From positions 1 through 41,958 of the forward strand of contig CAZXIU010000002.1 of the NCBI GenBank assembly GCA_964640865.1: a DNA stretch of 41,958 bases. Reading direction: 5' to 3'. Every line of letters starts with the position of its first letter. The stretch's first letter is position 1. Shown one piece after another: positions 1 to 8,330 of this stretch. Source of the DNA: an uncultured archaeon. GTDB lineage: Archaea > Aenigmatarchaeota > Aenigmatarchaeia > QMZP01 > JAFGSV01. The position numbers and the translations under genes are program-made. The notes below the pieces were generated by a model, which saw nothing but the letters and a program-made list of their open reading frames with translations, was not told where the DNA came from and ran no database searches.

Positions 1-180
1 CGACCGTACTCCCCAGGCGGCCCACTTAACGCTTTCGCTACGGCACTGGCAACCCACGTGAGATTGCCAATGTCTAGTGGGCATCGTTTACAGCCAGGAC
101 TACGGGGGTATCTAATCCCCTTTGCTCCCCTGGCTTTCGTCCCTCACCGTCGGATCCGTTCTGGTCTGGCGCCTTCGCCA

Positions 181-866
181 TTCACCTGGTATGAGCCATC
201 AGTATGAGTTTCTCCTTTTTCTCAGGATGCAAAATGTTTACATTTTTCTGGAAAAAAGAGAAATTTTTCCTCCCCGTTATCCAAAAACGTAGGGAAGTCA
301 TGTTTCTTTTGTCTGATGGACGTACATATACGCGATCATTTCTAATACCTGAAGTTTCTATTTTTAGGTCATTTAGTAGTGACATTATTTGCTCAAGGAA
401 CACTTCAAGTTCATTGGATAAAGAACTGTCTTTTGACAATTTGAAACATATTTGTTTACAATCGTCAGCTCTGAATCCACCGTCGTCATCAAATAGTGCT
501 CCGAGGAAGGCACTTTTAATTTTATCATTACCTTCCATAATCCAATTTGGGACTTCCGTTTTCTGAAGCACATTTGAACCAACTGGTGCACCCTGATTTT
601 CAAGGTATTTACCAACGTTGTTTGAAAACTGGTATCTTGGAGTTCCACCAATTGATGTGCCGACACTGAATTTAACATCACCAAGTAGAGTGTATATACA
701 TTTTCTTACATTTTCTTGTAAGAGACGATTTGAGTTGGTATATATGAAGTAACGTTTTGTGTATAGACCCATCACCTAGTGCGTGTCCCAATAATCGAGC
801 AATAATGACTTTATTCGCCATATATTGTACGTAGTAAGCCTAATAAAAATGAATGGCTCATACCAA
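181..866 (-). mobile_element. Archaeal BHB-type rRNA intron (686 nt) carrying a LAGLIDADG homing endonuclease gene
   Basis: In rRNA sense the 5' side reads CACC-UGU-UGGUAUGAGCCAU and the 3' side reads AUGGCUCAUACCA-GGUG-AAU-GGCG. This gives a 13-bp inner helix, a 4-bp central helix (CACC:GGUG) and two 3-nt bulges. Cutting after the 2nd bulge nucleotide joins ...GGACCACCUG to UGGCGAAGGCG, the conserved archaeal 16S sequence. Confidence 0.85.
182..775 (-). CDS. LAGLIDADG homing endonuclease, C-terminal 197 codons of a frame-broken gene (the first motif lies upstream in another frame, ATG at 821)
   Basis: The second LAGLIDADG motif KSAFLGALFDDDGGF is in this ORF. The first motif, MANKVIIARLLGHALGDGSIHK, is encoded at 821-756 in a frame offset by one. 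The two frames meet at an A4 run (minus strand, plus coordinates 755-758). The gene has the same orientation as the rRNA. Confidence 0.85.
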   Translation of the reverse strand: MMGLYTKRYFIYTNSNRLLQENVRKCIYTLLGDVKFSVGTSIGGTPRYQFSNNVGKYLENQGAPVGSNVLQKTEVPNWIMEGNDKIKSAFLGALFDDDGGFRADDCKQICFKLSKDSSLSNELEVFLEQIMSLLNDLKIETSGIRNDRVYVRPSDKRNMTSLRFWITGRKNFSFFQKNVNILHPEKKEKLILMAHTR

Positions 867-1183
867 CAGGTGGTCCCCAAGGGATTACAGGATTTTACCC
901 CTACCCCTTGAGTACCCCAGACCTCTCCCGGTCCCAAGTCCAACAGTTTCCCTAGCAAGCCCCACAGTTAGCTGCGGGATTTCACTAAAGACTTTCTGGA
1001 CCGGCTACGAACGCTTTAAGCCCAATAAACGTGGTTATCACTCGTGGCGCGGGTATTACCGCGGCGGCTGGCACCCGTCTTACCCACCACTTATTCTTGG
1101 AGCTGTTTACACTCCACAAAAGCATCCCCTATGTAAGAGAATGCACTCCAGATCCCTTCCTCACACTTGCGTGCATTGGGAAA

Positions 1184-1216
<33 letters not shown>

Positions 1217-1533
1217 TTCTTGTCTCAGAATCCATCTCCGAGCTTCCTCTCTCAAGGCTCGTACGGATTATCGGCTTGCCAGGACGTTACCCTAACAACA
1301 ACCTAATCCGGTGCAGTCCAATCCTCAAGCGCAAAAGCTTTAGAAAAGAAAACATTCCAGTACTTCTTATCTATCAGGTATTAGCCTCAGTTTCCCGAGA
1401 TTATCCCTGACTTGAGGGCATATTAACTACATGTTACTGAGCTTTCTGCCCTAATGTCCAAAGATGAACATCAAGACTTGCATGGCTTAGTCGAATCCGG
1501 ATAGCAATAACCTCCGGCAGGATCAACCGGAAT

Positions 1534-1709
1534 TGGAATTTGACGTTTTTCTCTCTTATAAAATATTTAAAACCACACAAGGACATATTTCGAACTCGAA
1601 AGTTACTTCCAAGCTCACACGTAGTTCATTGTTCAGTCGCCTGAACTCGCATCTATCTATTAACAGGTCTTATTTATAAAGGTTATTATCAGTTCTGGTT
1701 TTTAGAAAA
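1534..1709 (-). promoter_or_regulatory. 16S upstream leader / promoter region with two TATA-like boxes
   Basis: On the minus strand there are TTTATAAATA (plus 1671-1680) and TTTAAATATTTTATAAG (about 1555-1572), plus a perfect hairpin GTTCAG-TCGC-CTGAAC (1631-1646). The region is AT-rich and non-coding. Confidence 0.45.
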
Positions 1710-2198
1710 TTATGCAACATCCTCTGGTATAATTGATTTGGTTGACATTCCGGTTTCCCCAACAGGCTTAAAATTAACTGACATTTTCACCTTTGATATG
1801 AAATCGTATTTTTCAATTTGTTCAGGGTAGACGTTATTGTCTCCCTCTATTATCATATAAGGTATGATTTTCCTTCCGCTTTTCTCGTTGCCTAGTTCTC
1901 TTATTTTCAGGCCGAATTCTTTTCCCATACTCTCCAAGTCCACAGTTTTACCTGTCTTTATATATGCCTTGAAGAACTCCCTTGATGGTATCTCTTCAAT
2001 CTCGTGCACTAGGTCTATACCTTTATAATCCCCTATTTTGTGTGCAATATGCCCGTTTGGAGATTCAAGCATCATGAATGCGCCATAAACATCCACTCCT
2101 ACCTCATTCAGCGTAAGACCGAACTCGTTCATCATCTCACCATATCTTTCCTGAATTCCGTTTATGTATGCTTTGATTAGTGCCATAATGTTCTCCAA
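1710..2198 (-). CDS. Hypothetical protein (162 aa)
   Basis: Long ORF with protein-like composition that fills the gap between the 16S promoter region and tRNA-His. No motif recognised. Confidence 0.55.
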   Translation of the reverse strand: MENIMALIKAYINGIQERYGEMMNEFGLTLNEVGVDVYGAFMMLESPNGHIAHKIGDYKGIDLVHEIEEIPSREFFKAYIKTGKTVDLESMGKEFGLKIRELGNEKSGRKIIPYMIIEGDNNVYPEQIEKYDFISKVKMSVNFKPVGETGMSTKSIIPEDVA

Positions 2199-2279
2199 GC
2201 CCTCAATATAGTGTTCAACCTTTATAAATGCAGCCTCAGTGAATGTTTAAAAACAACATCTTCAAAGAATAACTACCAT

Positions 2280-2395
2280 GGCTGTCGTAGTGTAGTGGTT
2301 AGCATAAGAGCCTGTGGTGACCAATGGTGTCAGAAAGCGTGTTTACCATTGTTCGTGGAAAGCTCTTGGCCCGGGTTCAAATCCCGGCGACGGCC
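2280..2395 (+). tRNA. tRNA-His (GUG) with a 43-nt intron at 37/38 (2318-2360)
   Basis: Cloverleaf built by hand. The acceptor is GCUGUCG/CGACGGC, with an encoded G-1 (2280) opposite C73 (2395). The anticodon stem is AGAGC/GCUCU, the loop is CU-GUG-G...A, and the T arm is CCGGG-UUCAAAU-CCCGG. Confidence 0.85.
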
Positions 2396-2983
2396 CTATT
2401 TCTTTCTGTCTCGCATATTCACATACTCTATGAATATATCAGGGACGGGGTATTTCCTGAACCTTTTCAGAAGATTCATTCCATACATTAACCGCGAAAT
2501 TACCTCAGCTGTAAGCTCGGCATCGTCCAGTGCATTGTGCGCATTAGTCCTCGGAGGTATGCCTGACATATACAATGCTGCGTCGAGGCTCCAGGGAAGT
2601 CCTGCGAGAAGAGGGGAAATTTCATGAAGCTCAATGCTTTTTGCCTTGAATGGATACTTCATGCCAATTCTCCTGAAGTTCTCCTGAAGGAATCCTGTAT
2701 CGAACCAGATATTGTCTCCGGCAATGGTCTTGTCCTTTATGGGCTTCATCCATTTCATAAAATACATAAGCAATTCCTTTGACGTTGGTTTTTCAGGGTC
2801 GTTTATCTCCTCACGGCTGAACCCGTTTATTTTCAGGGCTATGTTGCTGACAGAAGCGCCCTCGTCCGCCCTGCATTCGCCGTAGAATGTGTTCTTCTGA
2901 TTACTGAAATCGAGCGCGCCTATGCTGAGAAGGCTGTTTTTTTCAGGCTCCATTCCAGTTGTCTCGATGTCGACTACTATCAT
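2396..2983 (-). CDS. DEDDh-family 3'-5' exonuclease (DnaQ/RNase T-like)
   Basis: Exo I motif VVDIETTG, Exo II motif NIWFDTGFL and Exo III motif HNALDDAELTAEV. The stop codon abuts the 3' end of tRNA-His. Confidence 0.8.
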   Translation of the reverse strand: MIVVDIETTGMEPEKNSLLSIGALDFSNQKNTFYGECRADEGASVSNIALKINGFSREEINDPEKPTSKELLMYFMKWMKPIKDKTIAGDNIWFDTGFLQENFRRIGMKYPFKAKSIELHEISPLLAGLPWSLDAALYMSGIPPRTNAHNALDDAELTAEVISRLMYGMNLLKRFRKYPVPDIFIEYVNMRDRKK

Positions 2984-2991
2984 ATTTTTAC

Positions 2992-3037
2992 TTTTCCGCG
3001 AGCGCTTCTCGATGTCATCGTTTTTCCGCGAGCGCTT
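2992..3037. repeat. Two copies of the motif TTTTCCGCGAGCGCTT (2992-3007, 3022-3037) in the tRNA-Leu 3' flank
   Basis: Exact 16-nt direct repeat 30 nt apart. The same family recurs at 13249-13264 and 13292-13307, inside the tRNA-Ser intron, and at 32238-32255. Confidence 0.8.
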
Positions 3038-3054
3038 TTTCTAAAAGGGCTCTA

Positions 3055-3188
3055 TGCGGGGGGCAGGATTCGAACCTGCGAAAGCACTGAGCTACAGGAT
3101 AACCCATTGGGGCGCCATCATCTTGGAATCAGCACTTAAGAACCCAATCTTAAGTCCTGCCCCTTTGGCCAGACTCGGGTACCCCCGC
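3055..3188 (-). tRNA. tRNA-Leu (UAA) with a 48-nt intron at 37/38 (3101-3148)
   Basis: Acceptor GCGGGGG/CCCCCGC with A73, anticodon stem CAGGA/UCCUG, loop CU-UAA-G...A, a long variable arm, and T arm GCAGG-UUCGAAU-CCUGC. The intron forms a canonical hBHBh' structure (CUUA:UGGG central helix, UUGGG:CCCAA inner helix). Confidence 0.9.
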
Positions 3189-3208
3189 GTGATTCAGTAT
3201 TAGATGCA

Positions 3209-3222
3209 CTTGATTTAAAAGC
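3209..3222 (-). promoter_or_regulatory. TATA-like box for tRNA-Leu
   Basis: Minus-strand GCTTTTAAATCAAG lies about 25-32 nt upstream of the tRNA 5' end, between the trpS stop and the tRNA. Confidence 0.4.
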
Positions 3223-4323
3223 TCATTTATCGAGGAATTTGTCAACTTTCTTCTTTGCTGATTCACGTTTTTTCTGATGCTCCGTGAGGAAGGTTTCCAT
3301 TTTACCTATGAGAATTTGTTTGAGTTCGCCTGTAAGCAGAGCACCTGATTTGTAATCTTCCCGGATTTTTTCGATTTTCCTGTCATCTGGTTCGAACTGC
3401 GTGAACAGATACTGGAATGAAACATCTATATCAGGATTCCCGCCGTGTTTCCGGTGCTCTTCAACTGTTTCACGTCCTCCGGAGAATGCATATTTGTTTA
3501 TTTTATTTTTTGCCTCTTTCGGGCTGTCTGTCAATGATATATATGAATAGGGGTCAGAGCTTGACATCTTTCCTCCCTTTAGTCCCTTTATGAAACGATG
3601 ATATGTTGCTCCGGGAAGCGTGAAACCGAGTTCTTTCTGGAAACGCGCTGCAATGTCGCGGGAAAGCCTTATGTGCGGATCCTGATCTATGCCAACGGGC
3701 ACGACCACATTCTTCGTCCCGCCAAATTCTTTTAGCTGGGGATGGAGGATATCGGAAACCTGAAGCATCACAGACATAATCTTGCCGGGCGAAAGTTCGC
3801 CGTATATTGCATGAAGCTCGTTCATCGTCACTTTCTTTGCAGCCATGCTTGCCAGTTTGTAGTAAGGACTGGCTTTGTCTTTAGAGCGGTTGCTCTGGAA
3901 GTAGAAATCACAATTCTTTGGTTCAAGACCTAGTGCAATATAATTGAGAAGATATTCTTCTATTGCTGTTTCTCTTAGCTTCTCCATGTCCGCAAGCCTC
4001 ATGTTGTAGGCCTCCACATCTGCTACGCAAAGGAACACTTTTGCGCCGAGTTCTTTCTGATGGTATATAATCTGGTCTGCCAGTATCTTGTGACCGAGAT
4101 GGAACTTACCGCTGGGCATGAGTCCTGTCATCATTGCATAATTTTTTGCAGCAAGAACCCTGTCAAAATCCCTGTGACCAAAGATCACACCCCTTCTCAT
4201 GAGCAGGTGGGGATTCTTTATTTTCTTCAGTACACTTGTAAAAGGTGAGATGCCGAAATCCTTGGCTGTTTTTGCATAGTCCTTTACATCATCCGAGCCC
4301 CATGGATTGATTTCTTTTTTCAT
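3223..4323 (-). CDS. trpS: Tryptophanyl-tRNA synthetase (archaeal/eukaryotic type)
   Basis: HIGH-type motif GKFHLGH, KMSKS-type motif KMSSS, and class Ic architecture. The ATG at 4323-4321 overlaps the tyrS TGA by 1 nt. Confidence 0.9.
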   Translation of the reverse strand: MKKEINPWGSDDVKDYAKTAKDFGISPFTSVLKKIKNPHLLMRRGVIFGHRDFDRVLAAKNYAMMTGLMPSGKFHLGHKILADQIIYHQKELGAKVFLCVADVEAYNMRLADMEKLRETAIEEYLLNYIALGLEPKNCDFYFQSNRSKDKASPYYKLASMAAKKVTMNELHAIYGELSPGKIMSVMLQVSDILHPQLKEFGGTKNVVVPVGIDQDPHIRLSRDIAARFQKELGFTLPGATYHRFIKGLKGGKMSSSDPYSYISLTDSPKEAKNKINKYAFSGGRETVEEHRKHGGNPDIDVSFQYLFTQFEPDDRKIEKIREDYKSGALLTGELKQILIGKMETFLTEHQKKRESAKKKVDKFLDK

Positions 4324-5399
4324 CAACTTGTCACCTCAAAATTCTTCACTTTTTCGAGAAGCTTCTTTGCTTTTGCATTCTTTTCAAAATGCTTTCGGAC
4401 AGGTTCCACAAGCTGGTTTATGTGGTCTGAGACAGCATTCTTGAGGTCCATCGGATGGAGCTTGCCGCTTTTGTAAATGCCCACAAGATCGCTGTACGAT
4501 TCTATGCTCAGGTTTCCGCCAAACTTTTCAGGTCGTTTCACTTCCAGTGTTTTGAATTTCTCGAATATGATGTGTTTGCAGTATTCCATTACTGGATTTT
4601 CTTCCACTATTTTTTCAGGGCAGTAGGCTTTTGATATTTTTCTGTTTATTTCTTTTTCGCTATCATCCATGAATATTGCTGTGTCCGGCTTGCTTTTTGA
4701 CATCTTCATCTCTATTGCTCTTTCTGTTGCATCCTTGGATATTGTTGCATGTTTTCCGAGCCCCATGAGCATGTGATGGCTGACAACAACAGGCTTCCAG
4801 AAACCGAGTTTCGGACCTATTTCCCTTGCCAGCATGTTGACCTTCCGCTGGTCCATCCCCAGTTGCGTGATGTCGCATTTCAGCTCGAATATGTCAGCAG
4901 CCTGCATGCAAGGATAGAGTATCTGCGACGCCGAAAGGGTTTCACTTTCCTTTCGGCCCATTATCTGGGCGCATCTCAGCACCCTTTTTACTGTACTGTT
5001 CCTCGCTACTTCCATTACAGTTTTCCAGTACGTTTCATTCCCGAGAAGGTCGCTTGAGCGCACGAATTCTATTTTTTCTATGTCCATGCCTGCGGATTTC
5101 CAGACCTCGAGCATGTAATCGCCTGCGATGTGAATCTTATCGAGGTCCCCCCCAAGCTTGTTGTTCGCCCATCCGTGCCAGTCAGCAACGAGCATCTTGA
5201 ACTTCACGCCTGCCTTTATCATCTTGTTTACATTAATTGCCCTGAGGATGCCCTGCGCTATGTGTATCCGTCCGGAGGGCTCGAAACCGTCATAAGCAAC
5301 AGGCCTGGTTTTTGACTGAAGAAGTTCCCTGAGGTCATCCTCGGTTATGATTTCCTCACCGACCGACCTTATCATATCCATCCTGCTTTCGATGTCCAT
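4323..5399 (-). CDS. tyrS: Tyrosyl-tRNA synthetase (archaeal type)
   Basis: Contains FEPSGRIHIAQG, YPCMQAADI, KMSKS and the C-terminal KRPEKFGGNL...LHPMDLKNAV block typical of archaeal TyrRS. Confidence 0.92.
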   Translation of the reverse strand: MDIESRMDMIRSVGEEIITEDDLRELLQSKTRPVAYDGFEPSGRIHIAQGILRAINVNKMIKAGVKFKMLVADWHGWANNKLGGDLDKIHIAGDYMLEVWKSAGMDIEKIEFVRSSDLLGNETYWKTVMEVARNSTVKRVLRCAQIMGRKESETLSASQILYPCMQAADIFELKCDITQLGMDQRKVNMLAREIGPKLGFWKPVVVSHHMLMGLGKHATISKDATERAIEMKMSKSKPDTAIFMDDSEKEINRKISKAYCPEKIVEENPVMEYCKHIIFEKFKTLEVKRPEKFGGNLSIESYSDLVGIYKSGKLHPMDLKNAVSDHINQLVEPVRKHFEKNAKAKKLLEKVKNFEVTS

Positions 5400-5526
5400 T
5401 GAATCACAAACTTAAACCTTCCTATATTAGTAAATGTATGGGCACCGGACATAAATCATTAACCTTTGAAGTTAATTTTCTCACACCTAATTATCCAATT
5501 TAAATTGTCCAAAACAAGGAGTACTC

Positions 5527-6432
5527 ATGAAAAATATTAATGATTACGGAATAGAAGCCGGCATGAAGGCATCTGAACTTGTAGACCAGATGGCATCAGC
5601 AGGCTTCCAGGCATCGGAGATAGGCGATGCCGTGAGGCTGATAAAGCAGATGAAAAAAGACAAGGCGACTGTATTTCTGAGTTTCACAGCCAACATGGTC
5701 GCCTCCGGTCTCCGGGGGATTATAACAAAGCTTGTGAAGGAGCGCTATGTTGATGTCATAATAACCACAGGCGGTTCAATAGACCATGACATAATAAGGT
5801 CAGGAAAAACATACCTGAGTGGCGATTTCAATCTCAATGACGAGGACCTTCACAGGAGGGACATAAACCGCCTCGGCAATATACTCATACCGAGCGACCG
5901 TTACATTTTTCTGGAGAAGTTCATACAGCCGCTTTTCTCTGAGCTGAAGTCGCGCAAGCGTTCATGGACGCCGAGCGAGTTCATACACGAGGCCGGCAAG
6001 AGGATTAAGGACGAAGGCTCATTCCTCCACTGGGCATCAAAGAACAACATTCCGGTTTTCTGTCCAGGCATAACAGACTCAGCCATAGGTTTGCAGCTTT
6101 ACTTCTTCAAGCAGGACAACAAGGACTTCGAGATAGACGTGAGCGGCGACATGAAGCTTGCGGACATAGTCATAAATTCCGAGAAGACCGGCGGCATAAT
6201 ACTAGGCGGCGGGATAGCCAAGCATCATACAATCGGCGTCAACATACTGAAGGAAGGACTCGATTACGCAGTATATGTCACTACGTCTTCAGCATGGGAC
6301 GGAAGCCTTTCCGGAGCAACTCCCAATGAGGCGAAATCATGGAGCAAGGTGAAGGAAAAGGGAGGCACAGTGACTGTATACGGCGATGCTTCTGTCATTG
6401 TTCCTCTTATATTCGCTAAGGTGTTCGGATGA
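5527..6432 (+). CDS. dys: Deoxyhypusine synthase
   Basis: Contains ITTGGSIDHDII and LGGGIAKHH...DYAVYVTTSSAWDGSLSGATPNEAKSWSKV, which matches the conserved DHS C-terminal block. A Shine-Dalgarno-like (SD-like) AAGGAG lies upstream. Confidence 0.9.
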   Translation: MKNINDYGIEAGMKASELVDQMASAGFQASEIGDAVRLIKQMKKDKATVFLSFTANMVASGLRGIITKLVKERYVDVIITTGGSIDHDIIRSGKTYLSGDFNLNDEDLHRRDINRLGNILIPSDRYIFLEKFIQPLFSELKSRKRSWTPSEFIHEAGKRIKDEGSFLHWASKNNIPVFCPGITDSAIGLQLYFFKQDNKDFEIDVSGDMKLADIVINSEKTGGIILGGGIAKHHTIGVNILKEGLDYAVYVTTSSAWDGSLSGATPNEAKSWSKVKEKGGTVTVYGDASVIVPLIFAKVFG

Positions 6433-6902
6433 AGATATACATCAATTCGGGTGAAGGCGAGGGTCCTACAAGAAAGGCTGCCTTCGACAATGCCCTGTGG
6501 AAAATAGGGATAGCCAACTACAACATAGTTCCGCTTAGTTCTATAATACCGGAGGGCTCTGAGATTTTAGAGGAAAAGATTGACTGGAATGACAGGGAGC
6601 ATGGTCACAGGCTCTACGTTGTCATGGCAGAGTCCTATGCAGAGAGCCCTGGTGAGAAGGCAGCAGCAGGAATCGGTTGGATATGGGAGGAGCGCGAAAA
6701 TGGAAAAGGCATATTCGTTGAAATAGGCGGTAAAAGCAGGGAAGAAGTATCGGAAGATATCAAAAAATCGCTGTTGTCAATGGCATCTTACAGGCCCGAG
6801 AAGTACGGAGACCCAAATATCAGGATTTCTGAAACCGAATGCAGGTCAGATGTCGCATGCGCTCTTGTTGTCGCTGTCTACAAGTCCGAGGGATGGGAAT
6901 GA
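6429..6902 (+). CDS. pdaD: Pyruvoyl-dependent arginine decarboxylase
   Basis: Family size is about 155 aa. The self-cleavage region is NIVPLSSIIP (Ser-Ser). There is an ATGA overlap with dys. Confidence 0.85.
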   Translation: MKIYINSGEGEGPTRKAAFDNALWKIGIANYNIVPLSSIIPEGSEILEEKIDWNDREHGHRLYVVMAESYAESPGEKAAAGIGWIWEERENGKGIFVEIGGKSREEVSEDIKKSLLSMASYRPEKYGDPNIRISETECRSDVACALVVAVYKSEGWE

Positions 6903-7780
6903 AAATACTCGAGAACACTTCCCTCTTCTTTATAGTCGCTATCGTTCTCGGGCTTCTGGTACCGCAGCTTTCCGGTCTGACTTCAGGATACATACTGCTT
7001 TTTTTTATAATAGCCACGACATTCTCACTTTCACACATAACCTTCTCAAGGAGTGATGTGAGGACAGGATTCAGTTCTTCGCTCAAGGCAGTTGCGCTCA
7101 GCTACGGCCTGCTCTCGGTTTTCATAATAGCCATGGCATACATTTTCGTTCCGGGAACCGATTACTTTGCAGGATTTGTCATATTGGCGTCAGCACCGCC
7201 TGCTGTTGCTGTGATAGCCTTCACATACCTTCTCAGGGGTGATGAAAAGAGGACACTCGGCGGGGAGGTGCTGAATTATGTGCTTGCACTGGCTTTCGCT
7301 CCTCTTATAACATTCATTTTTCTTGGTTCTGCGGTCAGCGTCTTAGAGATAATGAAGGTGCTTTTCCTGATAATAATAGTTCCTCTTGGGCTTTCAAGAC
7401 TCGCCAACAGATACTACAAATCCGGGATTGGCATACAGAAGCTTCTGGTGAACATATGCTTCGCGCTGATAAATTACAGCATAGTCGGGCTCAACAGCGC
7501 TGCAATACTGGCTGACCCCGTATCCCTTGGGCCTGTGCTAGCTGTCAACTTCCTCACGGTTTTTGTGCCGGGTACTGCTGTTTTTGTGCTTATGAGAAAA
7601 TTATGTGATGATAAGGGAAAATGCATAAGCTATGCGCTTTTCGCTGCATTCAAGAACGGCGGCATGAGCGCGACACTTGCGCTTCTTCTGATTTCCCCCA
7701 CAGCGAGTCTTCCCGGAGCGCTCCACGGACCTTTTACTATAGGATTCTTCATGTTCCTTGAGTACATGACAAGGAGATAG
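6899..7780 (+). CDS. Polytopic membrane transporter (bile acid:Na+ symporter / AEC-like fold, tentative)
   Basis: About 9-10 hydrophobic segments. ATGA overlap with the pdaD stop. The family call rests only on overall resemblance. Confidence 0.45.
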   Translation: MKILENTSLFFIVAIVLGLLVPQLSGLTSGYILLFFIIATTFSLSHITFSRSDVRTGFSSSLKAVALSYGLLSVFIIAMAYIFVPGTDYFAGFVILASAPPAVAVIAFTYLLRGDEKRTLGGEVLNYVLALAFAPLITFIFLGSAVSVLEIMKVLFLIIIVPLGLSRLANRYYKSGIGIQKLLVNICFALINYSIVGLNSAAILADPVSLGPVLAVNFLTVFVPGTAVFVLMRKLCDDKGKCISYALFAAFKNGGMSATLALLLISPTASLPGALHGPFTIGFFMFLEYMTRR

Positions 7781-7781
7781 C

Positions 7782-8330
7782 ATGATATTGACACTGCTTT
7801 TTGTATTCCTTGCGGGCATGTCCACAAGGCTGTCGGACATGGTTGCTGACGGTGAACTCAGAGCCAGGAAATTTTATGGTTATGCACTCGGTATATCATA
7901 CGGAACCCTTACGGCATTAGTAGTGGCACTGAATCCCATACTGGGAGATGTCGCAATCGCAGTCATACTCTCTGTGCTTCTGACTGGAAAAATAGACAAT
8001 CGCATACATTACCTCGGTATAGGGGCATTCGCTGCTTTCATAGCTTTATCCGGCATAAATCCCATAGGAAATGTTCCCATACTTCTGGCCTTCATAGCAG
8101 CCGGGGTTATTGACGAGATAGGCAATGACTACTCTGACAGGAGGAAGAAGAATGATGTCATAGGTATATTCTTCCAGAAGAGAATGGTTATGGAACTCAC
8201 GTCCTTCCTTGTGACACTTGTCACAGGAGAGATTGTATTCTTCATTTCGCTGATAATATTCGAGATTGGCTACAGTTACATATTCATGACACCTCCAGGT
8301 AAAAAACTATTAAGACTGACGAAACAATGA
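7782..8330 (+). CDS. Hypothetical integral membrane protein (182 aa)
   Basis: Multiple hydrophobic helices. One-nt gap to the upstream gene and an ATGA-type overlap with the downstream gene. Confidence 0.6.
   Translation: MILTLLFVFLAGMSTRLSDMVADGELRARKFYGYALGISYGTLTALVVALNPILGDVAIAVILSVLLTGKIDNRIHYLGIGAFAAFIALSGINPIGNVPILLAFIAAGVIDEIGNDYSDRRKKNDVIGIFFQKRMVMELTSFLVTLVTGEIVFFISLIIFEIGYSYIFMTPPGKKLLRLTKQ

Noticed and set aside
2211-2627. 138-aa plus-strand ORF
   Set aside because: It runs straight through tRNA-His and then antisense through the DEDDh exonuclease gene. It has no protein-like features.
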